Part shown: one piece after another, positions 1 through 12,300 of the stretch
Position numbering within the stretch: position 1 is the stretch's first letter
Layout: every line of letters begins with the position of its first letter
NCBI GenBank assembly: GCA_002633005.1
Contig: NMRA01000027.1
Location: 1,484,581 to 1,548,580 of the forward strand
Length of the DNA stretch: 64,000 nucleotides
Direction: 5' to 3'
Source of the DNA: Phoronis australis
Lineage: Eukaryota > Animalia > Phoronida
Notes under the pieces: model-generated
Databases searched by the model: none
Told to the model about the DNA's origin: nothing
What the model saw: the letters and a program-made list of their open reading frames with translations, nothing else
Made by a program: the position numbers and the translations under genes

Positions 1-572
1 ACTTACACAATTTCGTAAAGATCCTGCGAACGGTTTAGGAGATACAGCCACAGGCGCAAAAAAAAAAACTGCCACTAGAAGGTGCCACAGTAGCCGAAAT
101 CGTCGGAAAATCATCGTCAACCGTCCTCTACATATTAAGCATATACATGCCAATTTTCACAATCATCCTTTGAGTGGTTTGGTTGATAGAGGTGTGGACG
201 CACAAAAACAGACTTGAAAACACTAAAAATGGCCACTAGGTGGCGCAAACTATGTCGAATGCATCCAAAAATGGGAGGATAGCGTCATCTCACTAATAGG
301 TGCCTACAAACCAAATTTCATGAAAATCCGTTAAGGACTTTTGAAGATACAAAGGTAAGCGTAAAAAACTAAAATTGCCACTAGGGGGCACACCGGTAGT
401 CGGATCCGTCCGAAAGTTCGCACATGCCGTCCCATTCATGAATGGAACATATGTGCCAAATTTCATGAACGTATGTCAAAGGGTTTTGGAGATAGAGCAG
501 CGGACGCCGCCCGGACGGACGGAGATGACGGAATAATGCATCCACATATAAATATGTGGGCACATAATAAAA
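1..572 (-). mobile_element. HINE/DINE-1-like Helentron-associated element, truncated by the window edge
   Basis: Same subunits as the 2529-5362 copy, GGAC microsatellite near 500-525, terminal palindrome ATGCATCCACATATAAATATGTGGGCACAT followed by an A-run. Confidence 0.75.
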
Positions 573-1011
573 TGACTCATTGCAGAAACGAAACAAATGC
601 AAATACCTACAAGAAATCTTCAAAAATGCAGGGTCACCAAATTAGTATTTCTGTGTAAGATTTCAAAACAACAGCAACTGGTCATGGCAAAATATGGATT
701 TTCACGGATTACTGAAAACACACTGCCAATTGAATTGATGGAAGTATTTTGAGAACTGAAAAATGTTGTTCTACAATCTCAGTTTTATGTTTTAATTTTA
801 TGTTTTAATACATTTTTTCCAGTTTAAAGATTTTCTTTGGTTGGCATCATTTTTTTCTCTTGATTTTGAGTACAAGTGAAGAGTACCTCAAATTTTAGCA
901 TTACAACACCTACAAAAGAAATTACTGACAGTTCTGTTTTAATTTGATGCCAAACATGTTGTTAAGAAAAAAAGAAAACAATATAAGGGGACCAAAAACT
1001 TCCTTTCTGAG

Positions 1012-2320
<1,309 letters not shown>

Positions 2321-2528
2321 GTCTGAACAATGTGACACTGATAGTTTAAAGGGGAAACCAAGCGTTTTTGATGTTGCTAATACATTACAGGATGCTGTCA
2401 CAAATTTGAATGGCATCTTAAATAGTTAGATTCTCATTGACTTGGAGGATGAGAATTTCCATAACTTTTTCATGAGGGAAGTCTTTTCAGTACTCTTGTA
2501 TGGATGCTTATCTTCGCTGTTAAGTTTA

Positions 2529-5362
2529 AACAAGAGCAATGCAGAGCGTTGAAATGCGCCCACGAATGCATCACAAATTGTGTGCTTTTAGGGTTGTTTA
2601 TTTGTGTCCTAAAAATGGCCACTAGATGGCGCAAAAACGTACAATCCACCCAAAAACGGAAACCTGTCATTGCTTCTTTAATAGAAAGCTATACACCAAA
2701 TTTCTTAGAAATCCGTCACGGAATTTCAAAAAACAAAGGAAAAAAGAATAAAATGAAATTGCCACTAGGGGACAGACTGTTCATTGGATATGCCTGAAAG
2801 TCGTCATTGCCTGTTGTTAGCTTCATATCAATACACTTACTATCCTGCAGTGGGTTTAGGAGATACAGCTATGAGAGCAAAACAAAAAACAAAACTACCA
2901 CTAGGAGGTGCAACAGTAGTCAAAGTTGTCATCGTCAATTGTCCTCTTCACACTAAGAACATATACGCCAATTTTCAAAACCATAGCATGGTTTGGTTGA
3001 TAGAGGGGTCGACGCCAAAAAACAGAATAGAATAGAAAATAAGAACAAGAGCAACGCAGAGAGTTGAAATGCGCCCACAATTGCACCGCTTTTGGTATCC
3101 TTCTAGGGTTGTTTATTGGTACCATAAAGTGGCCAGTAGAGGGCATATATGTAGTATATTGTACTTTGCAAAATGGAAAGGCATGGTCATTGTCTCCTCA
3201 ATAGGCTAGGGGCAAAATGTGAGTGATCTTCATAATACAAGCACATCCTATACATCAGTTGCTTAAAGCACCACAGAAACATAGAATTAAAAACAAATTT
3301 ACCAACATACGAGATTAGCACAGCATTAGAATGCCAGAAACAAATTTCTACTTGGAACTTTTCCTTCATAGTCACAAAGTAACACAAAGTATACACCTGA
3401 AGACCTATGAAAATACAGAGGTCAATGTAAAATACTAAAATTGCCACTAGAGGCATACCGGTAGTCAGAATCATCCTAAAGTCGTCATCGTCCGTTGTCA
3501 ACATCACATAAATACACTTGCTAAATTTAGTAAAGATCCTGCAAACGGTTTGGGAAATATAGCCATGGGCGCAAAAAAAAACTGCCACTAGGATGCGCCA
3601 CAGTAATCAAAGTCACGGGAAATTCAGCGCCAACCGTCGTCTTCATAGTAAGAACATACATGCCAATTTTCACAATCATACTTATAGCGGTTTGGTTGAT
3701 AGAGGGGTGGACGCCGAAAAACAGACTCAAAAACAGTAAAAATGGCCACTGGGTGTCGCAAAATAGGTCGAATCTATCCGAAAACAGGATGATAGCGTCA
3801 TCGCACTAATAGGTGCCTACATACCAAATTTCATGAAAATCCGTTAAAGACTTGTGAAGATACAGAGGTAAACGTAAAAAAATAAAACTGCCACGAGGGG
3901 GCACACTGATAGGCGGATCCGTCCAAGTTGTCATCGTCTGTTGTTAACATCATATAAATACACTTATTAAATTTCGTAAAGATCCTGCGAACGGTTTAGG
4001 AGATACAGCCATAGGCGTAAAAAAAAAAAAAAAAAAATGCCACTAGGAGGCGCCACAGTAGTCCAAATCATCTGAAAATCATCGTCAACAGTCCTCTACA
4101 TAGTAAGCATATACATGCCAATTTTCACCATCATCCTTTGAGCGGTTTGGTTGATAGAGGGGTGGACGCACAAAAACAGACTCGAAAACACTAAAAATGG
4201 CCACCTGGTGGCGCAAACTATGTCGAATCCATCTGAAAATGGCAGGATAGCGTCATCTCACTAATAGGTGCCTACATACCAAATTTCATGAAAATCCGCT
4301 CAGGACTTTTGAAGATACAAAGGTAAGCGTAAAAAACTAAAATTGCCACTAGGGGGCACACCGGTAGTCGGATCCGTCCGAAAGTTCGCATATGCCGTCC
4401 CATTCATAAATGGAACATATGTGCTAAATTTCATGAACGTATGTCAAAGGGTTTTGGAGAAAAAGCAGCGGACGCCGGACGGACGCCGCCCGGACGGACG
4501 GACGGACAGATGGACGGAGATGACGGCATAATGCGTCCACATATAAATATGTGGGCACATAAAAATGGTCACTAGGTGGCGCAGAATACCTTGATTCCAT
4601 CCAAAAACGGGAGGATAGCATCAACTAACCAATAGATGCCCATATTTAAAATTTAATGAAAATCCGTTGAGGACCTTTGAAGATACAGATGTCAATGTAA
4701 AACTAAAATTGCCACCAGGGGGCACACCAGTAGTCAGATCTGTCCGAAAGTTGTCGTCGTCTGTTGTCATCATCATATAAATGTACTTACTAAATTTTAG
4801 TAAAGATCTTGCAATCAGTTTAGAAGATATAGCCATAGGCTCAAAAAACTGCCACTAGGAGGCACCACAGTAGTTGAAGTCGTCCGAAAATCATCGTCAA
4901 CCGTCCTCTTCATAGTAAGAACATACATGCCAATTTTCACAATCATGCTAAGGGCTGTCTGGTTGATAAAGGGGTGGACGCTAAAAAACAGACTCGAAAA
5001 CAGTAAAAATGGCCACTAGGTGGCGCAAACTATGTCAAATCCATCCGAAAATGGTCGGATGAAGTCGACTCACTAATAGATGCCTATATACCAATTTTTG
5101 TGAAAATATGTTGAGGACCTTTGAAGACACAGAGGTGAAAATAAAAAACTAAAATTGCCACTTGGGGGCACACCGGTAGTCGGATCTGTCCGAAAGTTTG
5201 CTCATGCCGTCCCATCCATGAAAGGAATACATGTGCAAAATTTCATGAACATACAATGTATGCAATCGGTTTTGGAGATAGAGCACCGGACGCCAGATGC
5301 ACGCCATCCGGACGGACGGAGATGGCGGCAAAATGAGTCCACATTATGTGGGCGCATAAAAA
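2529..5362 (-). mobile_element. HINE/DINE-1-like Helentron-associated element (outer copy) with a second copy nested inside
   Basis: Inverted sub-terminal repeats ATGCGCCCAC (2554-2563) and GTGGGCGCAT (5348-5357), short hairpin next to the AACAAGAG end, (GGAC)n microsatellite, internal ~150-bp satellite, A-run flanks (TT target on the minus strand). Confidence 0.8.
3044..4565 (-). mobile_element. Nested HINE copy inserted in the outer HINE
   Basis: Second AACAAGAGCAAC..GAAATGCGCCCAC end at 3044 and second palindromic end at 4530-4565. The outer subunit resumes in register after 4565 (AAAAATGGTCACTAGGTGGCGC). Confidence 0.75.
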
Positions 5363-6360
5363 TTGTGAAGTCCCAAGCTAAACGACCTAGACCTAAATTA
5401 GTGCTAAAAAGTGCAAAACCGACCAAAGTTGCATTATTGTAGTTTTGTAAGAAGGTGAGGCCTTATCTTCTCTTCAATTGGCAAGGGTTGATACCATCAA
5501 GCTAATAGGGGAAGTGCTCATAGGTTTTTCCAGCATGCATGAAGATGACTGCATCTTGACATTTAAATGAATCAATTGCTGCGGCGTTGGTGACCAGTCT
5601 CTTATTGTGGAAAGAAAGAAGGAATATTTGTAGATGTGAGGATTGTAATTTTGGCAGCTCCTGCGAGTTGTCCTAAGTAGTAGTATCTGATGATGAAATT
5701 GGAAAGCTGGCGTGTTGAATTATATAGAAGGTAGTGAGATGGCAAACTTTGCATCTGTTGGCCAAGGGATCCCAGCTTAGGGAACAAGGCATTTGGGTGT
5801 CACTAATCGTACTTCAAGTCTTGGTAAACAAAGCATTTATAATGCTTGTGATTCGATGTTTTTAAGAGTATCGATGACTTGATCTAGATCTTTAACTTCT
5901 TAATCAACCCTGATACTTAAAAAGAAGAACTAAAGCACATCAACAAAAAAATAAAAAATTACCTTTTTGTAGCTCTTACCAATTTCACTGAATGATATGC
6001 AACTGAATCAAAAGGTAAACAAACAAGTGAAGTCAACTGAACAAAATTACAAGCACATGGCTTTTCTGTTCCATTTGCGAACATAACTGTGACAATCAGT
6101 TTACTGACAGCTGCTGATGTATCACTGTATTTTAAATTGATCTTTTCATTCTCCCATTTCATTTACAGTAATAGCAGGGGACATTCTTCATCACACCTAT
6201 TACCAAACTAATGGTGGACTTACGTGCCAGTTTTCAAAAACAAAAAATCCAGACTTGGCTGCAAGTGCAATGTTTAACTGGTAAATTTTACAACAGTACG
6301 CAATGTTTTTTAGGATCCCTCCTATTGTTTCAAGTAGTCACTAAACTTCGAGCAGTTTCC

Positions 6361-9300
6361 TTAATTTGATTTTATTTTGCCATACGCAGCTGTGCCTAGA
6401 AGATGAACAGTGGTTTTATAAATATCAACAATTACACTACATGTACCTTGTGTTTTTTGAAAAACGTGTGTGCCTACTTCTTCCAGTGAGTCAGTGCAAG
6501 TTTCTAATCAGGGCTTGGAATGACCAATGACAAAAAAAGCGGAAACTTTTACGGCCCAAATTATGCGCGCTACCCAGCCTTGAAATGGTCGATGTGAACC
6601 TTTCCCCGACAAAAATCGGGAGGACTAAAAAAAAAAACGTTACCACCATCAGTAGCATGCGTCTGCGTCCTTTTAGCTCGTCCTTATCGTCCTTCCACTC
6701 CCAACCCACACATTTTTGGCTCCAGAGCCGTAGTATTTGTCGCCGCGGTTTGCAATAACACGAGACGCCATTGAAAATCCCACCACGCTTACCCAGATGC
6801 CCCAGCAATGTTGACAATTTACGTTCCTCCGAAACATAAAGAGCAACTTCCGATTTTTCGAGGTGAACGTCGTCGGCAACGCCGCGGTAAGAAAGGAATT
6901 TGCCGCGAAAATTTTATATCAAATCCGATTTTTTTACACGGAAATATTATAAAATGCGCGGAAAGAACATTTGAAAAAAGCGGAAATCGGCGTTTCCGCG
7001 GAAAATTCCAAGCCCTGCTAATCTCGTCGATACGCCAGCTTTAAAAAGGATAAAATACATAATGAGCTGTGTGGATCAAACACTGATTTCAGCAATGATC
7101 AAGTGATTGATTCACCTATTTTTGTCACCTGTACTGTAATTGATACAGGCATTCACACAGCAACACAATGATCTTCTCTACATATTTCTATCTGACTTGT
7201 ATAGTTTTTCAAAACAAATATATTGTAGGCGGTCCGATTCGCACCCATCACAGGCCATAAAATATGTTGCATGTTTTCTCCAATCGTGTCTTGTGAAAGA
7301 CAACCCACTCCAGATTGTATACATTTGTTCGAGCGAGTTCTGAGAATGCTTCCGCCATACCGTTTCTGCATCTCAGCTGGAGACAAAAAATTACCTCTGA
7401 ACATCTCAGCCCGACCCTGTGTTCATCAGCTTGGGATGTAGACCTACCTGCCGTTTCCTCAGATACTTGCTCAACTGGTTCCTGGTCGGGTACTTGCTCT
7501 GCTGGTTCCTGGTCCGGTACTTGCTCTGCTGGTTCTTCCTCAGGAACTTGCTCTGCTGGTTCTTGCTCCACCTCCGACATGGGCGGTACTGACACCCTAC
7601 ATGTATCTTGTTTGTCCACTCTAGTTAAAATATCACAATTCTCATTTTACTAATATAAAGTTGTTACATGGCAGAGCTGATGCAAAACTTGTTTTATAAA
7701 CCTTCTGGGAATGAATGGGATTTTAAAATTCACCGTAGCACAGCTTTGATGACTATTTGATGCCGATGATGACTGCTTGTGTAGTTTGCTGCTTGTGCTT
7801 ACGAACTGACAAATCAAACATCTTCACTGAGGAAAAGGCAGTATTGAAGTTTTGGTCATCAACTGGACTTCCCAATTTTGTCGAGCTAAATTTAAATCAC
7901 CATTAAATGGCAACGTTGCTGTAACCTTTTTCAGTTTTTCACATTGCAACACTGTGTAGAAACAGTAACTTCATTCCTCTTGATCTATTTGACGTTCAGC
8001 GACCAAAATATGAATTCTCTTTATTTTTGTTTACTTGGCGTGGAATACATTTTAGCAGTCTTATAATACTTACTGAAAGTTGACTCCAAAAACTTTACAT
8101 AGTTGTTCTTGAGACGAATAGTTGAACGATTATTTCTGCAATTGGAATTCTACCACATGAAGTTGCTTTATCTCGGTTCCATTTTTACCAAAACCTGTGC
8201 TGTGTGTGACCTCAAAGTTAGTAACAACCAGTTCTGTATTAGCACAAGCGCACATGAAAATACTCTTTGATTGCTTGATACTTCACAATAATTATTATTT
8301 CTACTTATTATTGTCACAAAAATGTGAAGTCAGCAAAGCTCAGTGTAATACAGATGCTCATAAAACACTGAGTGGTTGGCAAAATGGTTATGTCGAAATC
8401 TGTACATTAGCTTTCAGTAAATACAGTCAAACCTCATTACATTGTTTTCTTCCAAAAGACTCTAGCCAACTGAACTATGTGCAAATTGATTTGGTTACAG
8501 TGAACCTCTGTTACACCGTAGGTTTCAGAAGGGTCCCAACAGAGTTCGTTGTAACCAGGTTAGACTGTACAAATCAATTAGAAATGCAATACCTCTGAAC
8601 ATAGAACTTAAGTCCATGGCTTTGGTCGAACTCCAGTATTTCTCTTAGTGTCTTATTGCCATAGGTAGCTGGACGCTTTATCGTTAAACCAGGCATATTT
8701 GTTTGAATCTTTACACTTCCTTCGTCCAGTTTCTTATATGGCACTGCCTGGGGTTTGCCAACTGCTGAACCTATCAAGGTGTTCATGACATTAAACGAAT
8801 ATCAGGGTAATGTGTTTGCATCATTGTTGATTAATACACTTATCATGTTTATGAGGAATATACATCGTTGCAGCTTCAAAGCAGAATCAAAGGCCTAATT
8901 CCACACTCTTCACTGTCTGACAGTTTAATTAATGTACATACACTTTCCAATGCATCACTAAGTTAATTTGCATCATCAAAACTCATGCTTTATACTTTTA
9001 AAACCACTTCTTTCATAGTAATGATGCTAACTGGCTAAGAATAGACTGGAATTATTCCCCCTGGCTATGAGAGCTCTAGCAAGTGAGGAACAACAACCAG
9101 ACTGAGTTGACCTCAAACAGTGACTCAGATTTGATGCAAGCACAGGTCTAAACATACCGGATTAGACACAAGTAGTGAGAGTGAGATCTTTCTCAGGGAA
9201 TATGATCGCTATGTATAACAAAGCCACATTGTTTTCGGAAAATTCAGATTATGAGGTAGAAGACTGGGGAGTCTAGAGACCGATTCATAACAGTATCGCA

Positions 9301-12300
9301 AATGATATCAAGTTGACTGCATTTGAACAACATGCAATGCGATAACCACGTCAATGAACAGAGGCTTGTGCATACATATCGCCGGGTCACATGTGACAGA
9401 TTGCCTGTGCTTTTTCACAAAATTGTTAATTATAGTTTAATTGGAGTTTTTTACTGTCTGTAATGGAGCCGCAACTTTACTGAATAACCACAACTATACA
9501 TACACAATCAGCTTCAACAGATAAGTGATACTGTTTGTCTGATTCAAGTTTTGACTCAACAATAAAAAATGTAGAATGATAAATAAAGTACCGTATTCGC
9601 CCAAATAACCACCCATGCCCCTATAAGCGCCCCCCAGGTGTTTTCAGACTTCGCTAAAATAAGCGCCCAGCACATGAACGTGAGTACGTGCGAAAAATGC
9701 CTTACCTATACAATCCTAAAATTCTACAGTAACACCTTCAATTTATCAATAATATCCGACAGTCCTGAGAAAACGATTGTGTGCAGAATTTGTAGACAAC
9801 GAGCCTCGCCGCTATGTTTAACTTGGTATTTAGCCTTGACTATACACTTCATTCTGCCGTGCCTCAAAACGAACACAAAAAGTTTTGCTGATCTTGCGAG
9901 GAATGTGTCCCACTATGGTCTGACCTTTCAGAACAGACGTAGTGTACTTGTCAACCGGATTGTATTGTAGATATTTCCCGCTTTCAAAAGGAATCTAAAT
10001 TTCTTTGAACACGTGAAAACAGCTAATCGAAGTCTAAGCGCTACATACATGTACCTGTCATCAAAGACATTAGTCGGGAACTATCCATTCATCAAACAGA
10101 TAGCATAGCATGGGCAAGAAATGAATATTGGTACTAATTTCCAACAGTTTCTAATAACTATAAAAAATATTTGCATTATTTTTAAGAGGGGTTGTTTGAT
10201 TAATCATTTTGGTGTTTTTAAGCCAAATGTCCGATACAAGAGCAATGCAGAGCATTGAAATGCGCCCACGAAAGCATCGCAAATGCTGTGCTTTTAAGGG
10301 GGTTTTGTTTGTATCATCGAAATGGCCACTAGATGGCACAAAATACATCGAATCCGTCTGAAAACCAGAAAATGTCATGATTTCTTTAAAAGAAAACTAT
10401 TTACCAAATTTCATTCAAATTCGTCGAGGAACTTCAGAGAAACGGAGGAAAACGAAAAAAAATGAAACTGCCACTAGGGGGAGCAGTGTTTGTCAGATCC
10501 GTCTAAAAGTCGTCGTCTTATCTTGTTAACTTCATATAAATACACGTTCTAAATTTAATAAAGATCCTGCAGAGGGCTTAGGAGATACAGGTATGGGTGC
10601 AAAAAAAAAACAAAGCCACCACTAGGAGGCGCCACAATACTCGAAGTCATCGGAAAATCATCATCAACTGCCCCCTTCATAGAAAGAACATACATGCCAA
10701 CTTTCACAATCATCCTTAGAGTGGTTTGGTTGGCAGAGGGACGGACACCAAAAAACAGACTTGAAAACAACAAAAATGACCACTGGGTGGCGCAAACTAC
10801 GAATACATCCGAAAACGAGAAGATAGCTTCATCTCACTTAATAGATGTCTATGTGCCAAATTTTATGGAAATCCGTTGAGGACCTTTGAAGATACTGAGG
10901 TAAATGTAACAAACTAAAACTGCCACTAGGGGGCACACCGGTACACCGATCTGTTTGAAAGTCGTCGTCGTCTGTTGTCAATTTCACTTAAATATATTAG
11001 CTAAATTTAATAAAGATCCTGTGGAACATTTAGGAGATACAGCCATGGGCACAAAAACAAACAAAACTGCCACTAGGAGGTGCCACTGTATTTGAAATCG
11101 TCGGAAAATCATCGTCGCCTGTCTTTCTCATAGTAAGAAGTAAACATACATGCCAATTTTCACAATCATCCTTTGAGCGGCTTGGTTGATAGAGGGGTGG
11201 ACTCGTAAAAATGGCCACTAGGTGGCGCCAACTACGTCAAATCCATCTGAAAAGGAAAGGATAGCGCCATCTCACTAATAGGTGCCTATATACCAAAATT
11301 TAGGAAAATCCGTTCAAAACTTTTTAAGATACAGAGGTAAACGTAACGAACTAAAATTGCCAATAGAGGGCACACCAGTAGTCAGATCCGTCTGAAAGTT
11401 CGCTCATGCCGTCCTATCCATGGAAGGAACAAATGTACAAAATTTCATGAACATACGTCAAGGCGTTTTGGAGATAGAGCAACAGATGCCGGACGGACGC
11501 CGGACGGACGCCGGACGGACACCGGAAGGATGCGGTACGGACGGAGATGACGGCCTAAATCATTAATGCGTCCACATATAAATATGTGGGTGCATAAAAA
11601 GAAAAGACGAAAACCTGTGGCTCAATTACCCCAACTGTTAGCATGGAAAAATGAAAGTCAAAAATAACATATCTTCAAACTATAGAATGCATCAATCACA
11701 ATCCTAAGTTGGCCAAACTTTTCAGTTTCAAACAGTAATTACAGGAGTTAATTGTTCATAAGCCACACTGGTGTAGAAGAAACTATGTGACAAGAAATAA
11801 CTACCAGGACTCTGAAAATAGGCTGGCAGAATTTGTAAGCAATGGCTAAGAGCAATCAGATCATTCAGAATCTGTCATGTGGCCTCTTCTCTCGAACTGC
11901 AAAACTTGAGTCACAAAATAGAACACAAAAAATGACAAAATAAATTGAAACACATAAAAGGCAATTTAAAACAAATTTGCAGTAACAAAAATAGCACTTT
12001 GTATCCTATTTCGGCGGCACGTAGAAAATCGCACTCAGGCGGTCAGGCCTAGCACTAGCAGCAAATGGCAACAGGCGTGCATGCGGGATCAAACAAAGGA
12101 ATTTCATACATCACTCACATCCCACGATTCCAATCTCATGAATAACCGGTTACGGTTGAATTTCCTTTCATCGTTTTCAGTCGGTCCTCCGACTCCAACT
12201 TAGTCTCTCTCAAAGTTTACAGAGCACAAACCTTGGTTTGTTTAGACACTGGCCGTTTGTTTTATCCACATTCCCCACGAAATATTCAGTCTAATCTACG

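Noticed and set aside
5959-6222. Additional coding exons of the GTF2I-like gene (ORF 5959-6162; donors near 5961 and 6222)
   Set aside because: They lie after the stop of my tentative last exon and have no recognisable motif. The true 3' end needs RNA data.
7733-7885. Possible cassette exon between exons 7 and 8
   Set aside because: The phase-compatible reading hits a stop, and the alternative boundaries do not match the flanking phases.
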